Shown: positions 41,970-51,250 of the stretch, piece by piece
Numbering within the stretch: the stretch's first letter is position 1
How the letters are laid out: each line of letters opens with the position of its first letter
From: Nitrosopumilus sp.
Lineage (GTDB): Archaea > Thermoproteota > Nitrososphaeria > Nitrososphaerales > Nitrosopumilaceae
Length of the DNA stretch: 64,000 bases
NCBI GenBank assembly: GCA_965224195.1
Contig: OZ245040.1
Coordinates: forward strand, 1,056,001-1,120,000
Direction of reading: 5' to 3'
Position numbers and translations under genes: made by a program
Notes under the pieces: generated by a model
The model's database searches: none
What the model was told of the DNA's origin: nothing
What the model saw: the letters and a program-made list of their open reading frames with translations, nothing else

Positions 41970-42696
41970 AATGCTATTCTGAACCTATTGATACCATTGA
42001 AACATGGAACAGAGCTTGTCATACAATTGCAATTAAGAATGATTCCGCATTTTACAACACTACAAAAGGTAGTAGCTCGAATCAGTCAAGAAATATTACA
42101 CACTGCAATTGGCAGATTCATTGGAATGGTATCACCTGGAAAAATATTTGCAGGAATCGATGGTACATGATTTGAGAGAAGACACGCCATACTGCAGATG
42201 TAATCTCAGGCATGCATTTACAAAATGCTCAACAGGATCTGGTATGAAATTGCAGTTGATTTGTGCAGTTGTAATCCAACATAATCCCATATCTCATGAC
42301 ACAAAGCATTTCCCAAAACTGTTTTCTAAAATGCTTGATGTTGTTGCAATGTGGATTATAGTGCTGGACAAGTAATACGATGCAGAACCAATACGCAAGA
42401 TGATCAAAGATGAGAATGGCTTATCTTTGATTCCTGTAAGAAACAAAGATTGTCTGATTAGCAGAACAAAAGGAAGATTACAGAAAACAGATGAGAAGAG
42501 AATTTGATTATTCATATACCATGAGAGAAATAAAACTGGAACGATATTTTCTGTAATTAAGAGAAGGTTTGATTCTGAAATCAAATCGTACAATGATGCC
42601 ATGAAAACAAAAGAGCTGTTGTATCGTGTCTTGGCTTGCAATTGTCATAGGATGCGTTTGATTTCTCTAGTTTGTATGATGATTTCTAGGAAGTCT
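41970..42696 (+). mobile_element. Degraded archaeal IS5-family element
   Basis: IPHFTTLQK, IDGT, HD, DK*YDAE, HERNK..TIFSVIKRRF; right end gatttctaggaagtc resembles the TIR at 50616. Confidence 0.8.
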
Positions 42697-42772
42697 TTTA
42701 TCTTAAATACAACTGACTCATCTAGCATCATCAGAATCCATATAACCCTGAATAATAGGTATCATTACAGAT

Positions 42773-44257
42773 TTGTCTGAAAAAGTTACACTTGAGATGC
42801 TAAAATCACACCTGTGGAAGGCATCAGACATTCTCAGAGGCAGTCTTGATGCATCAGAGTATCGAGAACCAGTAATGACCATTCTATTCCTAAAGCGACT
42901 AAATGATAGATTCGAGGAAAATGTTGAGAAACTGATTGCAGATGGAAAATCCGAAAAGGAAGCAAATCAAGACTTTAGACATGACTTTTTTGTTCCAAAA
43001 GAAGCAAGATGGGATAAACTATCTGCAGTAAGAAGCAGAGTTGGAGAAAAAATTGACAAGATTTGCAAACTAATTGAAAAATCAAATGAGAAGCTAGAAG
43101 GTGTTCTGACTAATACAAAGTATTCTGATCCTAGAAAGTATCCTGATGACAATTTAGCAAACTTGATTTCCCACTTTAATTCCCCACGATTAAGAAATTC
43201 CGATTTGGAGAAAGAAGATATTTTCGGGGATGCATATGAGTATCTCTTAGAGCAGTTTGCAGACGCAACAAAGAAGAAAGGTGGAGAGTTTTTTACACCA
43301 CGTGAAGTTGTAAATTTGCTTGTCAATTTGGTAGACCCCAAAGAAGGAATGAGAGTTTCAGACCCCACATGTGGCTCTGGTGGTATGTTGATTGTATCAC
43401 GTCATTACGTGGAGCAAAACAAGGGAAATCCACGTGACTTGGTACTAGATGGTCAGGAATCAAACTATGGAAACTTGGCAATGTGCAAAATGAACATGGT
43501 ATTGCATGGAATTTCAGACTTTACAATAGAGTATGGCGATACACTATCCAATCCTAGACAAGTAGATGGTGGAAAACTCAAAACATATGACAAGGTACTT
43601 GCAAATTTCCCATTCTCAATGGATTGGGATAACAACGGTGCAGAAAAAGATCCTTACAATCGATTCAGATTTGGCATTCCTCCTGCAAAAGGCAAGGCAG
43701 ATTTTGCATTTATTCAGCACATGTATTCGCAATTAAATGAAAAAGGTCAAGCTGCAATCGTCTGTTCTCAAGGCGTTTTGTTTAGGAGTTCAGTTGAGAG
43801 TAAAATTCGTGAAGGACTAATTGCAGAGGATGTAATTGAGGCAATAATTGCGATTCCTTCAAATTTATTCTTTGGAACAGGTATTCCTGCATGTGTTTTG
43901 ATATTAAACAAAAACAAACCAGCAAAAAGAAAGGAAAAAATAATTTTCATTTATGGTGCTAAAGATTACTTGGATGGTAAAAATAGAAACAAGCTTCGTG
44001 ATGAAGACATTACAAAAATAGTCAAGGCATTTTCTAATTTCAAAGATGTTGATAGATATTGCCATGTTGCAGATATTGATGAACTAAAAGAAAATGAGTT
44101 TAACCTTAATGTTCCAAGATATGTAGACATATCAGAACCTGAGGAAGAGATTGATATTCAGAATGCTTGGGATGAACTCAAAGAGACCAATACAGAACAA
44201 GAAAAACTAGAAAAGCAAGTAAAATCAGATTTGATGGAATTGGGAATAAATCTCTGA
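42773..44257 (+). CDS. hsdM: Type I RM DNA methyltransferase subunit M
   Basis: GDAYEYLL, GEFFTP, DPTCGSGG, ANFPF, FNLNVPRYV. Confidence 0.95.
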   Translation: MSEKVTLEMLKSHLWKASDILRGSLDASEYREPVMTILFLKRLNDRFEENVEKLIADGKSEKEANQDFRHDFFVPKEARWDKLSAVRSRVGEKIDKICKLIEKSNEKLEGVLTNTKYSDPRKYPDDNLANLISHFNSPRLRNSDLEKEDIFGDAYEYLLEQFADATKKKGGEFFTPREVVNLLVNLVDPKEGMRVSDPTCGSGGMLIVSRHYVEQNKGNPRDLVLDGQESNYGNLAMCKMNMVLHGISDFTIEYGDTLSNPRQVDGGKLKTYDKVLANFPFSMDWDNNGAEKDPYNRFRFGIPPAKGKADFAFIQHMYSQLNEKGQAAIVCSQGVLFRSSVESKIREGLIAEDVIEAIIAIPSNLFFGTGIPACVLILNKNKPAKRKEKIIFIYGAKDYLDGKNRNKLRDEDITKIVKAFSNFKDVDRYCHVADIDELKENEFNLNVPRYVDISEPEEEIDIQNAWDELKETNTEQEKLEKQVKSDLMELGINL

Positions 44258-44317
44258 TTTGTAATATTTGTTCTACAAATTAGAAAATGTTTTGTGCAGT
44301 TATGTGTATACTATCAC

Positions 44318-44704
44318 ATGGAGATGATTATTCTAGTAGGCATTGCAGGAAGTGGAAAAACTACATGGTGTACAAAGTATTTGCCACACCATACAAGAAT
44401 ATCACTGGATGACATAAAAAATCATAACAGAAAACTGGAAGATAAGATGATAATATCTGAACTGGAAAAAGAAAATAATATTGTTATAGATGACACAAAT
44501 CTTACACGAGACATACGTGAAAGACACATTACAATTGCTAGAGAGTATTGTACTTTAGTAAATGCAATTTATTTTTGCATTGACATACAAAAAACATATG
44601 TGCAAAATTTCAAGCGTGAAAAAAAGATACCATGCTATGTTTTAGATCGCCAGAAAAAACAGCTTGAGATACCTCGTGAAGAAGAAGGTTTTGGGTTTGT
44701 CTAG
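44318..44704 (+). CDS. P-loop kinase (AAA_33 / polynucleotide kinase-like)
   Basis: LVGIAGSGKTT, RISLD, VIDDTN. Confidence 0.8.
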   Translation: MEMIILVGIAGSGKTTWCTKYLPHHTRISLDDIKNHNRKLEDKMIISELEKENNIVIDDTNLTRDIRERHITIAREYCTLVNAIYFCIDIQKTYVQNFKREKKIPCYVLDRQKKQLEIPREEEGFGFV

Positions 44705-44765
44705 TTTTTAAATACATGAAAACTTGTAATCAGAATAGCCCGTTTGACCAGTCTTAAAATATGAT

Positions 44766-46013
44766 GTGAGATGTCGCTTGATAATGAAAAAACCAAAAAA
44801 AGGTTGCAAACTAGTCAAGGGATTATTTGGAAAGGAGATCGAGATTCCAGAAGAATGGAAAGTTGAAAAATTCAATGATAGAATTAAACTAGAATATGGC
44901 TCAAGTTTAACAGCAGAACAACGAGATAATGCAGGTAATCCAGTATATGATTCAGGTGGAATTATTGGATTTCATTCTAAACCTATTGTGAATAATATAG
45001 GAATTGTTGTAGCAAGAAAAGGTTCTATTGGAAATATTTTCTATGAAAAACAAGATTTCTTTCCAATAGATACTGTATATTATATTACAAAAAATGAAAC
45101 GACATTCAATTTACTTTTTCTTTTTTATTACCTAACAAATATGAAATTAGAAAATCTTGCAATAGTTACCTCTAAACCTGGAATTAGCAGAAATGAAATT
45201 TACTCACTTAAAATAATATTTCCTCTACTTCCCGAACAGCAAAAGATTGCGTCAATCCTCTCTAGAGTTGACGCATTAATTGAATGTACACAAGAAGTTG
45301 TAAACAAAGCTGAGCTATTGAAGAAAGGTCTAATGCAGGAGCTTCTGACCAGGGGGATAGGGCATAAAAAATTCAAGAGGGTAAGGGGATTATTTGGAAA
45401 GGAGATCGAGATTCCAGAAGAATGGGAGATTAGAAAGTTAGATGGAATAGGAGAGTTAATTGGTGGTGGCACACCTGATTCTACAAATCTAGAGTATTGG
45501 AATGGAGAAATATTATGGGCAGTTCCCACAGATATTACAAAATTACAAACTAATCTGATTGAAAATACTGAAAGAAAGATTACAAAAAAAGGATTGGATA
45601 ACAGTTCTGCTAAATTATTACCTATCGGTACAGTTTTGATTACTTCTAGAGCTACCATTGGTAAATGTGCAATAACTACAAAATCCATTACAACCAATCA
45701 GGGATTTCAGAATATTATCTGTAATAAAGATCAGAGTAATTTATTCATATTTTATGTAATGAAACATAATCAAAATGTATTAGTGAGATTATCTTATGGA
45801 ACAACATTTTTAGAAATCAGCAAAAAAGATATGCGGAAAATGCTAGTATGTTTGCCGTATTCTAGTTACGAACAGCAAAAGATTGCGTCAATCCTGTCAG
45901 GAGTTGACGCATACATACAGAAGAACCAAGAATACAAGGAAAAGTTGGAGAGGCTTAAAAAAGGCCTTATGCAAAAACTGCTTACAGGTCAGATCCGTGT
46001 AAAAATCAAATAA
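44766..46013 (+). CDS. hsdS: Type I RM specificity subunit, complete allele
   Basis: Two TRDs, both conserved helices, ends LKKGLMQKLLTGQIRV. Confidence 0.93.
   Translation: MRCRLIMKKPKKGCKLVKGLFGKEIEIPEEWKVEKFNDRIKLEYGSSLTAEQRDNAGNPVYDSGGIIGFHSKPIVNNIGIVVARKGSIGNIFYEKQDFFPIDTVYYITKNETTFNLLFLFYYLTNMKLENLAIVTSKPGISRNEIYSLKIIFPLLPEQQKIASILSRVDALIECTQEVVNKAELLKKGLMQELLTRGIGHKKFKRVRGLFGKEIEIPEEWEIRKLDGIGELIGGGTPDSTNLEYWNGEILWAVPTDITKLQTNLIENTERKITKKGLDNSSAKLLPIGTVLITSRATIGKCAITTKSITTNQGFQNIICNKDQSNLFIFYVMKHNQNVLVRLSYGTTFLEISKKDMRKMLVCLPYSSYEQQKIASILSGVDAYIQKNQEYKEKLERLKKGLMQKLLTGQIRVKIK
44819..45425 (+). repeat. 40-bp direct repeat in front of each TRD (44819-44858 and 45386-45425)
   Basis: gggattatttggaaaggagatcgagattccagaagaatgg occurs twice. 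Confidence 0.9.
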
Positions 46014-46041
46014 TTTCTGAGTTATAACATATTAAAAATTA

Positions 46042-46248
46042 TTATTGTCTATCTTTATTATCGGATTTTTTCCAGATTTGTATTTGTCCACCATATACAT
46101 CATTGTCATATGCCATTGAAGGAATTTGAGCATAAAATCCTGTACGGCCAGTGCTAAAAGTTTTAGCTGGCAATAATACCTCATGTTCTTTGCCATCAGG
46201 CATTGTTAGTTTGGCTGAGACAAAATTTGGTTTCTCATTAGACATCAT
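46042..46248 (-). CDS. Small hypothetical protein
   Basis: 68-aa ORF with KTFSTGRTGFY, downstream of the recombinase. Confidence 0.65.
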   Translation of the reverse strand: MMSNEKPNFVSAKLTMPDGKEHEVLLPAKTFSTGRTGFYAQIPSMAYDNDVYGGQIQIWKKSDNKDRQ

Positions 46249-46287
46249 TTGTTTTTGTTGTCTGTGGCTTGTTAATTAATTGAAAGT

Positions 46288-47217
46288 TTATCTGATCTCT
46301 ATTTTATACATTATTTTCTTAAATTCGGTAAATAACTCCTTCAATGTTGGTGTAAAGTAAATTCCATCAAGGCCATTTTTGTGACCCATTAGTTTCTCTG
46401 CAATGTTATAGTTTATGCTATTGTCCAGTTTTAGTATGGTATTATATCGCTTTCTAAATCCATGATCCGCTTGTACATCAAAACGATTGTCATACTTTAG
46501 TCTTGTAATGTTGCTTTTTTGTATTGTTCTGTATATTACAGAGCGAACTCCACTCCATCCTATCTGCTTAGGGCGAAATTTGCATGTAGCAAATATGGGT
46601 GTGTCTTTGTAAAATATCTCACCCTTACTTTTTCGATAGTCATGATATGCATTTACTGCTTTTGTTGCTTGTGGTGTGAGAAATGCCCAATATTCTTCTA
46701 TATCTCCAGCATAGAGCAGTACTGCTGTACAGCCATAAGGCATTTTCATCATATGTCTTATTGACAAATCATGATCAAAGATGCCTATCCTGGCACCAGT
46801 AACTGCAAAGAAATGAATTAACGCCTTGTTTCTAGGATTTGTTGCGCTATGTATTAGTTCTTTTACTTCTTTTGTCGTATATGCTCGCAAGCTTTGTGTC
46901 TTTTGTTTTTGTGGGAACATCTTTGTGATTATATTCCAATTGAGGCTGATCTCATTCATAACGCAAAAATGCTTTATGCCATGAAATTTTGACGGTATTG
47001 AGTTAGGATTTGTGGCGCGTTTTAGTTCAATCAAGTAATTTTCTAGCTTGTATTGTAATTCCAAATTAGGCATAGTAACTAATTGATTTTGATGTGAAAG
47101 ATCTGCAAATTTTAGAAATGAATCAAGATGTGCGGTATAATTCTTTTTTGTATATTTTGATTTGATTGATTCTTCAAATAATAGAGAACTACGTTGTTTA
47201 GTTAGTAAAATACTCAT
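46288..47217 (-). CDS. Tyrosine recombinase/integrase, apparently intact
   Basis: TGAR, HGFR, LMGH...Y catalytic residues. Confidence 0.92.
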   Translation of the reverse strand: MSILLTKQRSSLLFEESIKSKYTKKNYTAHLDSFLKFADLSHQNQLVTMPNLELQYKLENYLIELKRATNPNSIPSKFHGIKHFCVMNEISLNWNIITKMFPQKQKTQSLRAYTTKEVKELIHSATNPRNKALIHFFAVTGARIGIFDHDLSIRHMMKMPYGCTAVLLYAGDIEEYWAFLTPQATKAVNAYHDYRKSKGEIFYKDTPIFATCKFRPKQIGWSGVRSVIYRTIQKSNITRLKYDNRFDVQADHGFRKRYNTILKLDNSINYNIAEKLMGHKNGLDGIYFTPTLKELFTEFKKIMYKIEIR

Positions 47218-47309
47218 GTATTACTTTATGGCAAAATGTTTATTTCTGCACGTATGTTTATGAAACTAGATTGTTTTGATTTTTATAATCATATTATTTT
47301 TACAGCATA

Positions 47310-47546
47310 TTATTTTACATTTCCTTTGTTGTGATCACCTACAAATTCATCCCTGGTTATTTCTACAGCTTTTAATATTTGTAAAAACAAACCTGGTTTT
47401 ATCATATTTTGGCCTGCAGGAATAGTTACACGTATACTGATATTTGCTAATGTAACATGACTGCCTTTTCTATTTTTTACAAAGAATCCCTTTTTAATTA
47501 AATATTTTATCATCTGGTTGCCTGATACTTTTGGAAGTTTTGTCAT
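47310..47546 (-). CDS. hicA: HicA-family toxin
   Basis: KLPKVSG...GF....KGSHVTL...VTIP. Confidence 0.88.
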   Translation of the reverse strand: MTKLPKVSGNQMIKYLIKKGFFVKNRKGSHVTLANISIRVTIPAGQNMIKPGLFLQILKAVEITRDEFVGDHNKGNVK

Positions 47547-47752
47547 TACTTTAGTACAATAAGCATATTAAATTCATCTTGGCTGCTTTCAGATGCAAGC
47601 TCTACAGCTTCTTTGATATTTTCCATTATCTCGCCATACGTTTCGCCTTGAGAATAGGCATGTAATTCCTCACATGTGCCAACAAACCCGCCATCTTCTA
47701 CGTCTGCTGTAACTATAATGGTGTAAGTTTTTTTTTCCAGTGTAGTACTCAT
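47546..47752 (-). CDS. hicB: HicB-family antitoxin
   Basis: EDGGFVGTCEEL..SQGET..E...NIKEAVEL; likely start MSTTLEK. Confidence 0.88.
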   Translation of the reverse strand: MSTTLEKKTYTIIVTADVEDGGFVGTCEELHAYSQGETYGEIMENIKEAVELASESSQDEFNMLIVLK

Positions 47753-47826
47753 TGTATACACATTGTGCACATATGCAAATATATTAAATATACTGTTGAT
47801 TTTATGCATAATTTCAAATATGTTAT

Positions 47827-47977
47827 TGCATCAACTCCTGTCAAGGATTGACGCAATCTTTTGCTGTTCATAGATTAGAGGCAAGAGAATCAAAATTTGT
47901 TTTAGGTTTTTTTTGGATAGTCCATAAACTGAAACTCCTGTAACTCTTGCAACAATTTGTTTCGTGACAAAATTCAT
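47827..47977 (-). pseudogene. Third hsdS fragment: end of a TRD plus terminal repeat
   Basis: 47870-47977 nearly identical to 37615-37722; 47827-47869 is a variant terminal repeat. Confidence 0.9.
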
Positions 47978-48195
47978 AGACGTGATGGAAAACATTTCAG
48001 ATTCTCTTGATGATAGTATGATGGAGGAAACTACATCAGTTTATACAGACAAGGGATTGACAGTGTAGCCATCAGAGATCATCTGAAAAACAAAAGCATT
48101 GTTCCATGCATTCCAAAAAGAGCTTTCAAGAAAAACAACAGTAAAAAATACAGTCACAAAAACTACAACAGGGCGAGATTTGTAGCGGAGCGGAT
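47968..48195 (+). mobile_element. IS5-family (IS427-like) transposase internal fragment
   Basis: KFIDVMENISD...YTDKG.D...IRDHLKNK...PCIP...RFVAER, homologous to 49965-50190. Confidence 0.75.
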
Positions 48196-48990
48196 GATGT
48201 TGAATGCGTCTTTGAATGTCTCAGAGAGAGGCTCAGCTGAAATCTTTCTGTCCCTGTATGATTTTTGGCCTTCTTTAGAACCATAAAACTCTGCAAGTTT
48301 GATGCTTTCTGGCAGCGTATGTGGATACTGTTTGGCTGGAATGATCAATCGGGAATGTTTCTTGTTGGCTGAATCATACAGTGAATCATCATCATATGTA
48401 GGATCTGCCAGAATGTTTTGGAATAATCCTGCAAGCGGTTCTGTTATTGCATTGAATTTTTGAGAATCATGAATATTTGCAGTGCTAACATCAGAGAACA
48501 GCGGAACTACCAGTTTTCCAGTAGAGCCATCAGTATCAGTTCCTGCAACTGGAAGACGGTTGCTTCTGATGCCTGGTTTGTGCCAGGCAGGGCCTGCAGT
48601 TTTCAGCACGGAGATGTCAACTGGTGCAGATGTGTAATCGGCTAGTCTCTCTGAGACAGACAGACTGCCCATGGTGCTGATAATTTCAGATGTTGGAAGA
48701 TTCTGAAGTCTTCTGCCGACTGTTCTTCTGTTTGGGATCTGTTGCACCCTGCAAGCCTTGAGCAGTATGTAATCATTGCACTTGATTGAAAAAAATAACG
48801 AGACGTGTCGTTACTTGGAACTCTCATCCTAGACCTTGTGATGAACAATTGTATCACAAGAACAGTTGAACAGGCATACGGCCTGCCAGGCCTAACCATA
48901 TCCCCAACAAATACAATACTCCAGCCGGTTCTTTTGCGTCTTCGATAAAATAGATGAGTAGGCATGATTTTGATGGTGTTGCGTGGCGGT
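48196..48990 (-). mobile_element. Degraded DDE transposase, family uncertain
   Basis: GRPY, IPNRRTVGRRL, TANIHDS, ADPTYD motifs over frameshifted ORFs; higher GC. Confidence 0.7.
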
Positions 48991-48994
48991 GAAT

Positions 48995-49351
48995 TTAGAA
49001 CATCTTGTGTTTTTTGGCTAGTTTGACTAATTTCTCAAAATCTTTTGGAGGAATAAAAGTAGCAAACTGAGCAAAAGTCCATTTACCTCTCATTCTTGGT
49101 TTGTCACCAATGATATTGTATCTTAATCTAAGCTCCTTTTTTCTATTAATTTGAATCTCATCTAGAATTATTATTTTTCCTTGTTCTGCTGAATCTTGTT
49201 GAATCCATACACATCTTAGGATTTGACAATTCTTGAGTGTCTTTTTGTTGTAATGTGTATGAAAGATAAACGGTGGTAGTTTTGGTAATTGTATTGTTCT
49301 ATCTTCTTCGGATAAACTGTAAACGTTTTCCAAGTATCCTGACTTTGTCAT
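48995..49351 (-). CDS. Hypothetical protein
   Basis: 118-aa ATG ORF. Confidence 0.6.
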   Translation of the reverse strand: MTKSGYLENVYSLSEEDRTIQLPKLPPFIFHTHYNKKTLKNCQILRCVWIQQDSAEQGKIIILDEIQINRKKELRLRYNIIGDKPRMRGKWTFAQFATFIPPKDFEKLVKLAKKHKMF

Positions 49352-49439
49352 TTTGATTTATTCGTCTGTTGGTTTGTCAATCAATCTTTTTTGGATTTTC
49401 CAATAAGCCCACTGATAATGACTTTCTTCACATACAATG

Positions 49440-50319
49440 AACTCGTCTCAAAACAGATCATTTAGTAAATAATTGATGATCATTTAGATCTATGAACAGC
49501 AAAATCTCAAATCAATTCATGAAATTCAAAGAATTGACAGGCAAACAGTGGGAAATGATTGAATCATGTGCTCCTCCACCTGCAAAAACTGGCAGGCCAA
49601 GAGATACGGACAGAAAAATCATCAACGGAATCATTTATGTTCTGACAACTGGATGCAGATGGGATGACATGCCAAAAAAATACGGCGATGACTCCACTGC
49701 AAACAGAAGATTAAACTCTTGGCAGCAGAAAGGAATCTGGAAAAAGATTTTTCCTTCAATGATAAAATCAGCACATAAACAAAGCAAGGTTAATCTGCAA
49801 AGGATATCAGTTGACTCATCAAGTGTTGCTGCAAAAAAAGGGGCAACTGCATAGGAAGAGATGGTTTCAAGAAGGTTACAGGCACAAGGATTCATGCTGC
49901 CGTAGTAGATGGCAATGGATTGCCAGTATCCATACTATCGAGTCCTGCAAATACTCATGACAGTACGAAATTCATTGATGTGATGGAAAACATTTCGGAT
50001 TTTCCTGGTGATGAATCAGCTAAACAGATCACATCAGCATATGCAGACAGGGGATACGATTCAAAATCAATTCGAGATTATTTGAAAAATAGAAATATCA
50101 ATCCATGCATTCCATTTGGAAAAAATAACAATAAAGCAACAAAAAACAAGTCATACAAAAAATACAATAAAATTCGTTATGTTGTGGAGGGATTCTTTGC
50201 TTGGTTCAAAAATGGATTCAGAAGGACAGCAATCAGATATGAAAGAGCAGGCAGAAAATTATCTGGCATTTGTCAATATTGCATCATTTTTGATGTATTG
50301 TAGGGTTTTGAGATGAGTT
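49440..50319 (+). mobile_element. IS5-family (IS427 subgroup) element, 880 bp
   Basis: 15-bp TIRs aactcRtctcaaaac; ORFA TGRPR..GCRWDDMP..YG, A7G4 slippery site, ORFB HD/ADRGYD; extra frameshift near 50247. Confidence 0.88.
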
Positions 50320-50572
50320 GGACATAATCTTTGTCATTGTATTGAAACGCATATGGTTCGTTTTCTTCCAATAAGTATTCTTTAACTTTGATAGTATCGT
50401 TAACAACTTTAACAGGTTGAAGATTTTTAGAATAAAACTCAAACAATTCTCCCAACAAGGAAGTGACAATACCTGAAGTAGTTGAGTCACTTCCAACAGT
50501 ATAAAACGCTGATCTGTCGTTTGCTATTTGTTGAGATTTTCTTGGATTATCAAAACTTGTTAATTGACTCAT
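50320..50572 (-). pseudogene. Hypothetical gene interrupted by the IS at 49440-50319
   Basis: MSQLTSFDNP... runs into the IS right end. Confidence 0.45.
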
Positions 50573-50615
50573 ACCACAATATCTCCATAATTCATTATTA
50601 ACTTTTTCCAAATCG

Positions 50616-51203
50616 GGGCTTCCTAGAAATCATAATCCAAACCAAAGAAATGATACACATCCTGTGACAACAAGCCAACACACGGTACAGCAGCTCTTTT
50701 GTCTTCATGGTATTATCATACGATTTTATTTCAGAATCAAACCTTCTTTTTACTACAGAAAACATCGTCTCAGTCTTGTTTCGCTCATGGTACAATGAAT
50801 AATCAACTCTTCTCATCAATTTTCTGTATCCTCCTTTTGTTCTGTTAATCAGACAGTCTTTGTTTCTTGTAGGAATCATGGAAATAGTATTTTTACCTCG
50901 AATTCTCTTGTGAACTGGTTCTGCATCACGCCCATCCAGCCATTCAACAAATGACTCGTAGCTTTCTGACTCGTACTGTCCAAGGACTGGTAAAATGATG
51001 TGCTGGTGTATTGAAAATGTATGCTTTGATTTTGGATATACAAACAACGGAGCATTCATTTTCTTTAGAATCTGGCGCATGAGGGAGATCATCATGCGTT
51101 GGTGTTTGTTTTTCATGAAATGAGAAATGTGTAATTATTGATGGATCTTGATAATTAGTTTGATCTACAATTAGGTAAAATCTTGGTGATTTCCAGGAAG
51201 CCC
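50616..51203 (-). mobile_element. Internally deleted IS5-family element (588 bp)
   Basis: TIRs gggcttcctRgaaatca; transposase N-terminus fused directly to DAEP...ETMFSVVKRRF C-terminus. Confidence 0.85.
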
Positions 51204-51250
51204 AGTAAACGCAGTTCTATCTTTTTATCCTGCACATAATATTTTGAATC

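Noticed and set aside
43601-43615. NFPF instead of NPPF in HsdM motif IV as a sign of inactivation
   Set aside because: The catalytic Asn and the aromatic residue are retained and the gene is otherwise intact; cannot be judged without an alignment.
30233-50320. Shared word agatgagttg at the ends of two different IS elements
   Set aside because: Opposite polarity relative to the element ends and different transposase subgroups; treated as coincidence.
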